Positions 54,063 through 64,000 of a stretch of 64,000 nucleotides of DNA are shown here, piece after piece. How positions within the stretch are numbered: the stretch's first letter is position 1; each line of letters begins with the position of its first letter. The notes under the pieces were generated by a model. The model saw only the letters and a list, made by a program, of their open reading frames with translations, was not told the DNA's origin and did not search any database. Source of the DNA: Naegleria gruberi (taxonomy: Eukaryota). The DNA lies in the NCBI GenBank assembly GCA_000004985.1, contig GG738872.1, one strand, 5' to 3'. Position numbers and translations under genes: made by a program.

Positions 54063-55289
54063 TTATTTTGGTGAAGGACTTCGTCTTGAGGGAAGAAGAG
54101 GATTGAGTTGGAAGTTATTACCTCCTTTTGGGGAACATGGACGAGCTCTCTTGAGTGGTGTGTACAATAGCTTTTGAGCTTCATTTCTATTGAATAAAAA
54201 TCCACTAGCTCCACTTGGTCTTTGATTTGATGATGCTGAGGAATTATTATTACTAGTTGAGTTGCCTAGAATACCATTTCTTTGGATATTGTTATGAGAT
54301 TGAGTAAGGGTAAATAATGGTGATCCTAAACATACATTTAGAGAAATGAAATCAATTTGAATACTTACTTGAAGGAACAGAGTTTGATTTACCCAACAAA
54401 TTGCTACCTATTGTTGTTCTATTTTCCTTACTATTGTTACTGTTGTTGGTAGGTGATTTGGACAATCTGAAATCCAAAACATTGGAAGGTCTTCCTGCAG
54501 AACTCTCCTTTCTGAACAATAAAGATACAGGTGGATTTTCTTGATTCTCTTTGAATGAAGGAGAAACTGAAGGATCTAAATCAACTGGAGAAGGTGCTCT
54601 TCCTGATGAATCCCGAGTTTGATCATATCTTCGTTTAAGGGAATTGTACAATTCTTGGAGTTTGTTTCTTTCTCTGACCTTTTCAGAGTACTTTTCTTGA
54701 ATGGTTTGAAATTCCCTCTTGGTAATTTCTTGTTGTTCCTCACTGTGTTGTAGCTTTTCGGCAATTGATTGATACTTTTGCTTGGTTTCATTCAGTTTAT
54801 CAGAGTAAGATCTTGATCATCAATTATATGTTGAAAGAGTTGAAATCATTTATACCTACTTTTCCATTTGTGATGCTTTGGATATTGTTTCCTTGTGAAG
54901 ATACTCTTGGTATTTAATTTCAACTTGTCGTTGGTTGTCCCAGAATTTTAAGGCTGATTGTGCAGCCTCAAGAACAACTTCAGGTGGGAATCCACAAAGG
55001 CACATCTAGATGAATTTAAATTATTCCTCAAATGATGAAGATGATTTAACTTACAGTTTTTTCTTCAATATTAGCCTTACTCAACTCCACTTGCCGAATG
55101 TCCCTTGAAGAAAGGGGTTTCTCGCAAGCAGGACAACTCATATCCTTTGAGAAATGTTTGATAGCATCATCCTTACCTTCATTAATCAAGGTTAAATCTT
55201 CATCAATGAAACAACTTACAAAATACATGATTACAACTGGTGATAAAGTAAACCTCCTCAACAGATTTCCAGCAAGCATTGCATTTCAT
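54063..55289 (-). CDS. HEI10/CCNB1IP1-family RING E3 ligase (meiotic pro-crossover factor homologue). 5 exons (55289..55220, 55176..55055, 55005..54860, 54811..54369, 54325..54063), ~347 aa.
   Basis: Assembled N-terminus MKCNACWKSVEEVYFITSCNHVFC|KDDAIKHFSKDMSCPACEKPLSSRDIRQVELSKANIEEKTV|MCLCGFPPEVVLEAAQSALKFWDNQRQVEIKYQEYLHKETISKASQMEK|K... is collinear with human CCNB1IP1 (LLCNYRKCRIKLSGYAWVTACSHIFCDQHGSGEFSRSPAICPACNSTLSGKLDIVRTELSPSEEYKAMVLAGLRPEIVLDISSRALAFWTYQVHQERLYQEYNFSKAEGHLKQMEK). A coiled-coil segment ...RERNKLQELYNSLKRRYD parallels NRQYQKLQGLYDSLR. Ser/Pro-rich tail. Introns of 43, 49, 48 and 43 bp, all GTAAGT or GTAGGT donors. Confidence 0.75.
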
Positions 55290-55339
55290 TTTTTTTGGCG
55301 GTTTTTAAAAATTGTTCAAACCATAACAAAGCGTTTTAT

Positions 55340-55710
55340 TTGCTCACATTAATTACCTGGCCCTACTATTAACACCATTAATGTTTCGTAGCACTGGTCA
55401 GTGTTATCCAATAGAAGCAAACATACGAGAGAGTACAAGCTCTCTTCCAACTAAATACAAGCTTCTGGGAAAGTCTCTGGATACTACAGATTTACATCTG
55501 TGCAGGTAGAAAGTACCGACTCGAATGAGTGCACGCCAAGAGGAAACTCGGACTTTGGTCTCACTGGTTTCTATCAATTCTATATAGGCATGAAAACACA
55601 ATGTCATTGGCATTGAACCAAATAGAGCTTACTGACCTGTGTTACTTTTTCTATTATTTGGCCAAAGTGACAAAATTAAATGGAATGTTATTGAGATTCC
55701 ATTTTTGTGC
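55340..55710 (+). ncRNA. Candidate structured small RNA (snRNA-like) in a GC-richer island between two minus-strand genes; identity unresolved and strand uncertain
   Basis: About 180 bp at ~45% GC versus ~30% in flanking intergenic DNA. Several perfect local hairpins (ACAGAU-UUAC-AUCUGU; GAGAGAG-UACAAGC-UCUCUUC). Plus-strand 5' motif AUUAAUUACCUGGCC resembles the U1 snRNA 5' end (AUACUUACCUGGC). A downstream Sm-like site AUUAUUUGG is followed by the 8-bp terminal hairpin AAUGGAAU-guuauugag-AUUCCAUU plus a U-run; this hairpin overlaps the stop codon of the convergent 55688..58820 gene. Confidence 0.25.
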
Positions 55711-58700
55711 AATTTCCATGTAATACACTTTCCCAGAACTTTCTTACTAGGTTCTTGTCCTCTGTTCTCTCACTGAAATAGTAACATCTGTACTTGAGAT
55801 TTTTCATATCTTGTGATTGACAAAGCTCTTCGTCCAGTTTCATATCTTCCTCATCACCAAATATACAACATAGTTTTTTTGACATGGCATTTGATTTCAA
55901 CCTGATAGTGGCTGGTTGATTGAACTCTCTTCTATCCATTCTTTCAACAAAGAGTACAATCTTGTCTGTATAAGTTAGAATTTCCTGAATGAATCTAGAA
56001 TAAACTCCATTCTCTCCAGTGATGAGTATTCTGCCAGATAACTCCAAACAAAGAACTACTACGTCACCCTTTTGTATAGGATAGCATGATGTCTTCTTTT
56101 CATTATTTACGTTTTGTTTCAGATTAATATCTTCTGGCTTTTTATCCTCCTCTTCCGAATCATTCTTCACAAGGACAATTGCATTTTCATCAAATTCATC
56201 ATCACTGCTCTCAAGGTTTTGAGTAAATGAGGCTGAAGTGTTGCTTATTGTACTAGTCTCTGTATCTGATTCACTGTCATCATTATTTTGAATTTCAAAT
56301 ATTCCCTTATCATTGGGTAATGGCAATAGTTGAGGAGCCTCTACTGATGTTCTGAAAATTTTCAATTTTTTAGCCCTTTCTTTCCTTCTACAATTGTAAA
56401 ATGTAAAAAACTAGCCAATAAGAATCGATTACTTACGATAAAGATTGAAGGGTTCCATAGCTCTGGGACTTTTTCATAGATGATTGATTGCTATCTGTGC
56501 TTCTTCTTCTTTTTGTTGGAGCATTCATTCCTGTCCAAAGATCTGTGATGGTCCTTCTGACTACAACATAATTGTTAACGGATTGAATTTTCTTTTCTGG
56601 TATAATATCTTTTCCATTCATGAATTGCTCTCTATTTCTCACACAAATTAGAATATTGTTGGTTTGTTTTTGATTCTTTTTGGCCTTCGACTCTAGATAT
56701 GACTTGGCAGAATAAAAGCTATTGACTGCAACTGATACTGTTTCTCTTTCGTTATCCAAACCAAAGAACCAAATATTTCTTTTTTGTTCATACTCCTGAA
56801 GATCCTTAATTTCAATCTTGACTTCAGAATTGGAAAAAAGTTTCATTACAGTATTAATAGAGGTCGACGAATCTTGTTTTGGATGTTGGACTGTAACCCG
56901 TTCTAAAGCCACATCAATGACCTCTCTAAAGAATTGAGAAAGTATAAGTTCTGTGGAAGCTGTTTGAGATTTTGTCATTCCTGATTTGTGTTGAACTATG
57001 AATGGTTTAGAGTTTGAGTAGAGGCTTGAAATTTCTATTTCAGCATCTTCTTTTCGTTTGATGGCATCATAAATATCGGTGCATTTATCAAGACCATGCA
57101 AAACAAAGAGTGTTGGAAAACCTTCCAAAAGCTTTAGCTTGTCCTTCAATCCTTTTTCCATCTTGTTACCAACAGTGGATAAAACTATTACCCCATCTAC
57201 ATTTGAGTGAGGTTCTATCGTTTGTTTTAATAACTCTTCATCTTCTTCATTCTTGAAAAAGTCTTCTGTTTCGGTACTAGTTTCTTTGAATTTATACATG
57301 CTGAAAGATCGGCAGCATACATCATCTCTTCTGAATAAAACATATCTATTTTCTTCATCCACTCGCTCAATATTATATCCTATCAATTTCACACAAGATT
57401 GAAACCATTGAATAAGATATCCTTTTTGACTTTCTGTGTGAGCAATAGTAGTTGAACCAATGAGGAATTTCATAAGATATTCCATCAAATTTCCTCCCAA
57501 GTACTGATCATTTTGTTCTATTTCAGAAATATCCAGCAACAGTAAAATGTTCAATCTTTCGTCCAACTTTCTTAAAAAAAGGAAGAAGAATAAAATACTT
57601 TCACGGAGTGTGTTTGTTGATTCGTCTTCATACATTTGAAGACCATGAAATTGGAGGGCATTTCTCGAACTTGCCTCACTAACCTTTTTCTTGTGGCCCT
57701 TCCTAATGGATATTTCTCTAATTTCATCATAATAAATATTGTTCGAAAGTTTGATAGCATCAATTGATGTGTTTTCGCATGGTCTATAATTTGGGAAAAA
57801 TCTGTAAGTAATTGGTTCCAATGTAAATGTAGAATAATCACTAAAAAGAAAGAGTGACTTGTTTACATTAGCTCCGAGAATAACATCCTTATTGTGAAAA
57901 TGCTCAATAAAATAGGCCTTACAGTGAAATGGTGATTGTTTCCTTTTTGTTGTCTTGTCTTGTTTTTCCTTATTTTTATCAGAAGATTCCTCATTCTCGT
58001 CAAACAGTTCCACTGAAGTTTGTGTTTTGGGTAAATTATTTCCATTGTATGAATTTCTTGCATTTCCAAAATATTTAGAGAATATAGTCTCTTGTTTGTC
58101 ATTTGTAGGAGGTGTAGTATTTGTAGAAGAGTTCATTTCTGAATCATACAACCCAACAACTAGAATAAAGTAGTCTGAATATGTATGAAAAGGAAATCGT
58201 CCCAAACAAAATGTGTTTGGTTCTATTTTGTACTTGATAATATTATTCCAATCAGGGAGACCTTCATTTGTTAGGTCAACCGTGTGACATGAGGAAAAGC
58301 AAAAGTGTCTATGACTTTTAAATTTCGAGTTTTGTGATTGTTTTTCAGTAGGTTGATTATAGAAATAGTAGGCAGGAGGGTAATCACATGGAGCACTAGT
58401 TTTGCTATTCAAAATAAGCGGGCTATTTTCCTTTTTCCAGTGAATGTGAAGACCTTTAACACCCCAATAAATTGGTTTATCGGTTTTGTTTTCCATACAG
58501 AATATTCCCCATTCTCTTTCCTTCTCAAAACTATTCAAAACAGAGGATGCTACCTTCTCTGGACCATTCTTGTTTTTGTTTTCGTTCCTTCCAGCTGAAA
58601 ACATGGAAGAGAAGAACCTGCTACTACTGCCTGTTCTTGTTGATGATGATGCAGTATTGTTGTCAACACCTTCTACTATTTCCTCCTCCTTCTCATCAAA

Positions 58701-58820
58701 TACAAAATTCGCATCAACATCCTCGCTCGATTTACTTTTCATGTGTTTTGTTTGTCTCTCGGAAGTAATATCAGACGTGTTGATCAACAAGTTTAAATTA
58801 TTGTTGTCTGAATTATCCAT
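55688..58820 (-). CDS. Large (~1015 aa) uncharacterised protein in 2 exons (58820..56437, 56351..55688); possible DENN/longin-like architecture
   Basis: Track ORFs 56433..58820 and 55688..56365 are one gene: donor ...TTATC|GTAAGTAATCG, an 85-bp intron and acceptor ...aaattttcag|AACATCA restore ...YGTLQSL-S-TSVEAPQLLPLPNDKGIF.... N-terminal S/N-rich region, a central alpha/beta region and a C-terminal region (YPIQKGDVVVLCLELSGRILITGENGVYSRFIQEIL...IVLFVERMD) that could be a longin/roadblock-type fold (speculative). Confidence 0.55.
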
Positions 58821-59216
58821 ATTTACAAAAATATGATAGGTTAGTACTAGTTGTACACAATTTGATCCGATATATTAACTTGTATTTTCCTTCACGCAGT
58901 GGTCATACCTCCACACACAATAAACTATGATGAAGAAGAACAAGTTTGCTGGTGATGATTTCAACTAACAGTTGAGATAAGCGATTGTTGCTATTTTTTT
59001 ATGGTTTGTGAAGCTTCACATGACTTGCCAATAAGCCATTCAGAGTTTTATTCATAGAGCAATTGTTCTCATGTTTTTCAAAGCTAATAGTACGAATACA
59101 ACAATGAACCACATTAAAATCATCAAACAAGGAAAAAACTGTAAATTGCCAATTTTAATATTTTGAACGAAGGCAAAAAAGCGCTCCATTATTAAATAAA
59201 AATCAAATAGAAAAAA

Positions 59217-59972
59217 ATGAGTAGAATTGTTAAGGCTATCGGAGATGCTGTTTTATCGCCATCGATAAGCAAACCTCTTTATTCAACTCATTATCCAACA
59301 TCATTTCTTGAAAAAACCTTCATCACTGCTGGATCAACATTAATTTCAGCATTTTATCCATTGAGAACAGACATGGTTGGAGCTTTGGGAGAAACAACAG
59401 GAACACCAGCATTGGAATATGTTAGAAGCCAAATGGTTTTAACAAAGGAAGGAAATGAAATTCTTAAAGAAAGACCAAATATTGATGAAAGAGTAAATCC
59501 AAAATTTTGGGAATATATTAGCACACTTCCACCAGATACTTTCGGAGGAGCCTATTACAAGTTCATGTCAACTAATGGATTTGTTGCTAGTGAAAGACCT
59601 CCAGTTAGATTTATTGATGACGAAGAATTGGCCTTTATTATGTTCCGATACAGACAATGTCACGACTATTTCCATGTGTTGGCTGATTTACCACCATCTG
59701 TTTATGCTGAAATTATTGTGAAATGGATTGAATTTTTCCAAACTAGATTACCGATGACTTTATTGTCAGGTGCTGCTGCACCTCTCACTCAACTAACTTT
59801 TGAACAACAAAAAGAGTTAGCTACTGTATTTTTGCCATGGGCTTTGGATGCTGGAAGAAATTGCAAATTCTTGATGGGAGTTTATTTTGAAAAGTATCAT
59901 TTGGAAAAACCTGTAGAACAAGTTAGAAAGGAACTCAATTTTAGAATTGCTCCTAGAAGTAACCTTGTGTAA
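59217..59972 (+). CDS. COQ4: Ubiquinone biosynthesis protein COQ4, 251 aa, intronless
   Basis: The zinc-ligand motif HDxxH-x10-E (FRYRQCHDYFHVLADLPPSVYAEIIVKWIEFFQTRLPM) and overall collinearity with COQ4 (human ...[37 protein letters not shown]). N-terminal mitochondrial-type leader. Confidence 0.9.
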   Translation: MSRIVKAIGDAVLSPSISKPLYSTHYPTSFLEKTFITAGSTLISAFYPLRTDMVGALGETTGTPALEYVRSQMVLTKEGNEILKERPNIDERVNPKFWEYISTLPPDTFGGAYYKFMSTNGFVASERPPVRFIDDEELAFIMFRYRQCHDYFHVLADLPPSVYAEIIVKWIEFFQTRLPMTLLSGAAAPLTQLTFEQQKELATVFLPWALDAGRNCKFLMGVYFEKYHLEKPVEQVRKELNFRIAPRSNLV

Positions 59973-60128
59973 AATTGAAAAAGTTTCTGTAAATTGTTTT
60001 CAGAACATGAATGATTGTTCATTTACAAAAAATCGGAATGTTGCATGAATTGACCAAATAAATGCTGATGTAATCACATTCAGAATGATGATTGGTCGAG
60101 TACACAATGGATTTCTCACAACAAAAAA

Positions 60129-62496
60129 ATGAAACTCTACATCCATGATGAAATCTCGGAAGATACCAGAGTCATTATCTATGATTCTGCAGCCTCCGAT
60201 TTTAATGCTCTTATCAACTTGATTCAAGAAGAGTTTGGTTTGAAAAACAAGGGTAAAAAGGTGGAACAAATACGTGATGAAAGGAATAAAACAATCACAA
60301 AGAAGGAACAATTAAAGGAAAAGATGGATCTTTACATTCAAATCTCTGAGCAACAAAAACAACAACCACAAACAGAGAAGGCAATAGAAAAGCCTAATAC
60401 CATTGCTACCAGTAGTAGCATCAATGCTAATAGTAATAATAGCACAAAGCCTTCAGAAGTTCCATCTGCTACTATGCAAAAAGAGTTGAATGCTCTTGCT
60501 GATAGTGCTGTTAAACATTTTCAGGCTAGAGAATATAGAGTAAGTTATTTTGTTCATGATGTGAATTTTAACATTGTTATCAGAAAGCTGTAAAGGCTTA
60601 CAAATTATTACAAGCATCAAATGTTGATTCCATGGGATGTATGTCAAATATTGCCACCGTTTACATTGCAGCTTCAAAGTTTGATAGAGCTCTCAAATAC
60701 CTATTGAAATGTCTTGAAATGGACAAGTATAATCAGAATATTTACAAATTACTTGGAAAGTGTTATTTTGGATTGAAGAATTACAAAGAGTCTCTTCAAA
60801 ACTTTTATCATCAAGTGACAATCTTGGAGAAATATCAAAAGGAGATTAAGGACGAAAGTAAATTGAAGGATATCACTGAATTGATTCAAGATGGATATGT
60901 GGATATGGCCAAGTGTTTAACACTTATAGGTGAGAAACAACAAGGTTTTTCCTTTATTGCCAGTGTTTTAAAGAAAAACGATGCTCATAAGGTTGCTTTA
61001 TTGGAATACGCCAAATATGTATTGTATGAGACAAAGGATGCTTCAGATAGTATTACGGCAACTTTGAGAATTCTTGTTGCTGATCAAAATAATGTTGATG
61101 CAAAGGATATTTTGTCTGAAATTGTTGAAACCTTTGGTGTTGAACCTCTCCTAAACCATATTTCTCAAGGTTCTGAAAAGTTAGATACTTCTGCTGCTCC
61201 TGGTCTTGCTTGGATGGCTCTCATTTTGAAAGAACATTCTTGTATTAATGAGGCTGTAGTACTCTACAAAACAGCTTTAAAGTTGGCTCCAAGTAACTTT
61301 GCTTATTTGCTTAATTTGGTTCACACTTTAGAAATTGATGTAAGATTCAAGGATGCACTCTGTGAAATCAAAGAATTCTGTAAGAATAACCCAACAGTTG
61401 CAAGTGGAACATTCACCACAAAAGTTTTACTTGAGGTTAGTAATTTTGCATTTAGTTTTCTAACATAGTTTAGTTCTTGGAAAAACTTGACCTTGATAGT
61501 TTATCCGATCCAATCCAAAATACTTGTGCATATTCTCAAAATTACTATGTTGGAGAGCATGCAGCTGAGTTTTCAAGAACAATGGACGCTGAACGACTTG
61601 AAGATGGTACAATATTCTACAGAAAAGGAGAGAAGTATGATGTAGATGAACTTATGAGAAGAATAGAAAAGCGAAAGTCAAAGGATGATAATTCTACACT
61701 TGATTTCTTGGCTATTGGATTCACAGTTGTCAAGATTTGTTATGTTAGTGGATTTTTAACATTTTTACCTGAATTAATTCAAGCATTAGAATTTGAGAGA
61801 ATGGGAAGAGATTTACATAGCACCCAAATTAGAAATGAGAATGCTTACTTTTGTACTATTAGTCAACTTTTATCTCAATTTATCTACAAAACCTTACCTA
61901 TTGAAAATGTAGATGTGGAGAAGAATCATATTTATCTTGTTGGTGAGTCTCACTCAATGACATCATCCTATCAAGCTATCAATTGGAGACAAAGTAGATA
62001 TGTCCTCCTTCCTAAACTTGTAACAGGATGTAAATGTTTCCACTTGAGAGACAATACCAAGTTTTACCCAAAGAGAAACTATTTCAGTGTTTTGAATTCA
62101 ATTCCAAAAGGATCAACTGTTATCTTTATGTTTGGTGAAATTGACTGCAGGGAAGGTATTTGGGTTTCTGTTGAAAGATTCAGATACAAGAATATTCAAG
62201 AAGGAATTGAAACAACAATTTCTTATTATATGAAGGAATTACTTAAGGTAAATAAGGAGTATGACTTGTTCATCCATCCTGCACCACCTGTATTAGACTT
62301 TACAAGAGAAACTGTAAAGTTATTTAACATTCACCTCAAGAAGGAATGTATCAAGAATGGACTCAGATATTTGGACTTTATGGATGAAATGTTAACTGAT
62401 AATGGTAAGAACCTTAAAAAAGAATTGGTATTAGATGGTACTCATTGCTCTCCAAATGTTACTAAATATTTAGAAAAGGAATTGAATAAATATTAA
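60129..62496 (+). CDS. Three-module protein: N-terminal ubiquitin-like/PB1-like domain, central TPR repeats, C-terminal SGNH-hydrolase-like domain. 3 exons (60129..60539, 60584..61435, 61474..62496), ~761 aa.
   Basis: Introns of 44 bp (AGA|GTAAGTTATT...tatcag) and 38 bp (GAG|GTTAGTAATT...gtttag) join three track ORFs in frame. TPR consensus repeats (CMSNIATVYIAASKFDRALKYLLKCLEMDKYNQNIYKLLGKCYFGLKNYKESLQNF). The C-terminal domain has SGNH-like blocks: I YLVGESHSM (GDSx-like with E for D), III FMFGEIDC, V LDGTHCS (DxxH). Confidence 0.65.
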
Positions 62497-62510
62497 TCAA
62501 TTGAAATGAT

Positions 62511-64000
62511 TTAATTAAGTTGTGTGCCTACTTGATTTTGGTCTGCTTCGATTTCATTCACGAAATATTTGAATGGTGGTTCATAAGCTCTATTCATTCT
62601 TTCAATAACTTCTTGAGAATTTGGACCTTCTACTTTGAATGATGACATAACGTTGCTACTAGTTCCGTAATAAATAGCCTCAGATTTACCAAACTCTTGG
62701 TATTCTTCTGCCTCTTTTTCCTCTTCTCTTGAGATAATTCTATCTCTATTGGTTTTTGAAATGAACAGGTTCTTGATTGGTTTGAAAATTCTTTGTTTGA
62801 TGAAAGTCTTGGCAGTAGTATTCTTTGTAAAGTACATAAACCATACACCCATAATTCCCATAAATGCCAATCCACTAAATACAGTGTGCATTATAAACCA
62901 TGCATTAGCTTTGATTCTAATACCAAAGAATAAGGTCATACTTCCATGATAAATTGCCATGATTGACATTACAAGGGAACAAATAAGAGTAACAAGTTTT
63001 CTGTGAGATTTGAAATTACTAGTTAGCACTCCCTTACAAGCTCCTTCTGAAACATGTCCATAGATATACATAATAACGTATCTATCAACAAGATGTTTGA
63101 AAATCATGTAAAATAAGCAACACAATAGAATCAATGGTGAAAACAAAGAGTTTGTGATACAAATGGCTAGAATGGTTAACATGTATGAATACTCATATTC
63201 AAAGTAAAAAAGAGATAATTCACAAGCTTTCAACTTTTCCAATGGACTTGTCTTTGGAAGACTCTTAGTTCCCCACAAGTAATAGATCAAGTTGTAAATT
63301 CTTAAAATATCTTCACAGTTTTTGAGAATTGCTGTTTGTAAAACAAAGTTAAAAAAGTAAGAACCAGCACCTGGTAAAAACATATTACTCAACATTTGTG
63401 AAATATTGCCCTGTTGTTGAATCAAGTTAATGAAGGCATCGAAACTGGTAAGAGATAACATTGGCATAATTAATGTTGATAGTACGAGATACATGAACAA
63501 TCTAGCAATAATCTTTCTCATATATCTGGATTTGGATCTGAATTTGGAAAAATCTTGAGCATACCAAACACCATACGGAAGGAAAATAGAGAACAAGTGA
63601 AGGGCTAAAGTTGGAGCATATTGGAAAACAATTGAACCAAATTCACCAGCACTTTCTAATGGAATTGTTAATAAAATAAATAAATGAATAACAACGTACC
63701 CTTAATTCTAAACAATGAGATGTGAACTATTGGAATTCTTGTAAGTGATTCAAGAGATGAGAACAAAGCCATAGGAGTTGTCAAGAAAACAAATATTAAA
63801 ATGACAATGAATTGCATCAAAATATTTCTAAATGAATCGAAAAAGCCAGTATATGTTAACATATTTTCCCAGTTGATATCATCAGGTTCATATGCCTGCT
63901 TGATTTGGAATGTAATATTTCTAACAGTTGAGACAGATAAAACATCTCCTTCACTTTGAATATCACTTAATGTGGAAACTTTGATTGGCATTTTGATGTC
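62511..64000 (-). CDS. OSCA/TMEM63/CSC1-family (DUF221, RSN1_7TM) calcium-permeable mechanosensitive cation channel; partial, N-terminus beyond the right edge. At least 2 exons in the window (64000..63700, 63655..62511).
   Basis: Hallmark cytosolic motif ...YEPDDINWENM (family consensus P.DI.W.NL) followed by the 7-TM block. A 44-bp intron (G|GTACGTTGTT...ccattag) restores ...ISLFRIK-E-SAGEFGSIVFQYAPTLALHLFSIFLPYGVWYAQ. The track ORFs 63668..63991 and 62511..63596 are its pieces. The family has an additional N-terminal TM segment, so the true start is probably upstream of 64000. Confidence 0.8.

Noticed and set aside
55340-55710. Specific identification as U2 snRNA or RNase P/MRP RNA
   Set aside because: U2 hallmarks (the 5' GCUUCUCGGCCUUUUGGCUAAGAUCA and the GUAGUA branch-interaction box in the right context) are absent. 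An AAAGUCCG match to the P4/CR-I element on the minus strand lacks a convincing complementary CR-V strand. Only a generic snRNA-like/U1-like call is kept, at low confidence.
55688-56365. Stand-alone small GTPase/longin-like gene
   Set aside because: The reading frame is entered by an acceptor (ttttcag) in phase with the donor at 56436 of the upstream 56433..58820 ORF, so it is exon 2 of that gene. The track 'M' is a TTG.
1-64000. tRNA genes, rRNA genes, CRISPR arrays, prokaryotic operons or defence systems
   Set aside because: No GTTCGAATC-type T-arm or cloverleaf candidates found by eye. No rDNA-like conserved blocks. No direct-repeat/spacer arrays. All coding genes are eukaryotic with spliceosomal introns, so prokaryotic feature classes do not apply.

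Overview
The window is a gene-dense stretch of an AT-rich eukaryotic nuclear chromosome, most likely from an amoebozoan or dictyostelid-like protist. This is inferred from codon usage, N/Q-rich low-complexity proteins and very short GT..AG spliceosomal introns of about 38-90 bp, mostly 41-55 bp. It is not a prokaryotic island, so CRISPR, operon and defence-system logic does not apply.

I resolve about 35 protein-coding genes on both strands, roughly one per 1.8 kb. Many are split by micro-introns that the six-frame ORF track cannot see. The track also reports alternative-start codons (TTG/GTG/CTG) as 'M', so several listed ORF starts are not real ATGs.

Confidently recognised genes: filamin/ABP120-like actin crosslinker, SDR retinol-dehydrogenase-like, SRP19, PIG-H, MCTS1, RPS23, RRP12, NudC-type Nudix hydrolase, LSM1, TM2-domain protein, HEATR1/UTP10, mitochondrial-type AsnRS, PARP6/8-like ADP-ribosyltransferase, COQ4 and a partial OSCA/TMEM63 channel.

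The most interesting items:
- a 4-exon NRPS-like adenylation-PCP-thioester-reductase (A-T-R) enzyme with an unrecognised N-terminal Cys4/coiled-coil domain;
- a HEI10/CCNB1IP1-type meiotic RING E3 ligase;
- a bacterial-type DUF1304 membrane protein, a candidate for horizontal transfer;
- a GC-rich structured island with snRNA-like features between two genes.

No tRNA or rRNA gene and no clear mobile element were found. Splice coordinates were derived by hand and may be off by 1-2 nt.
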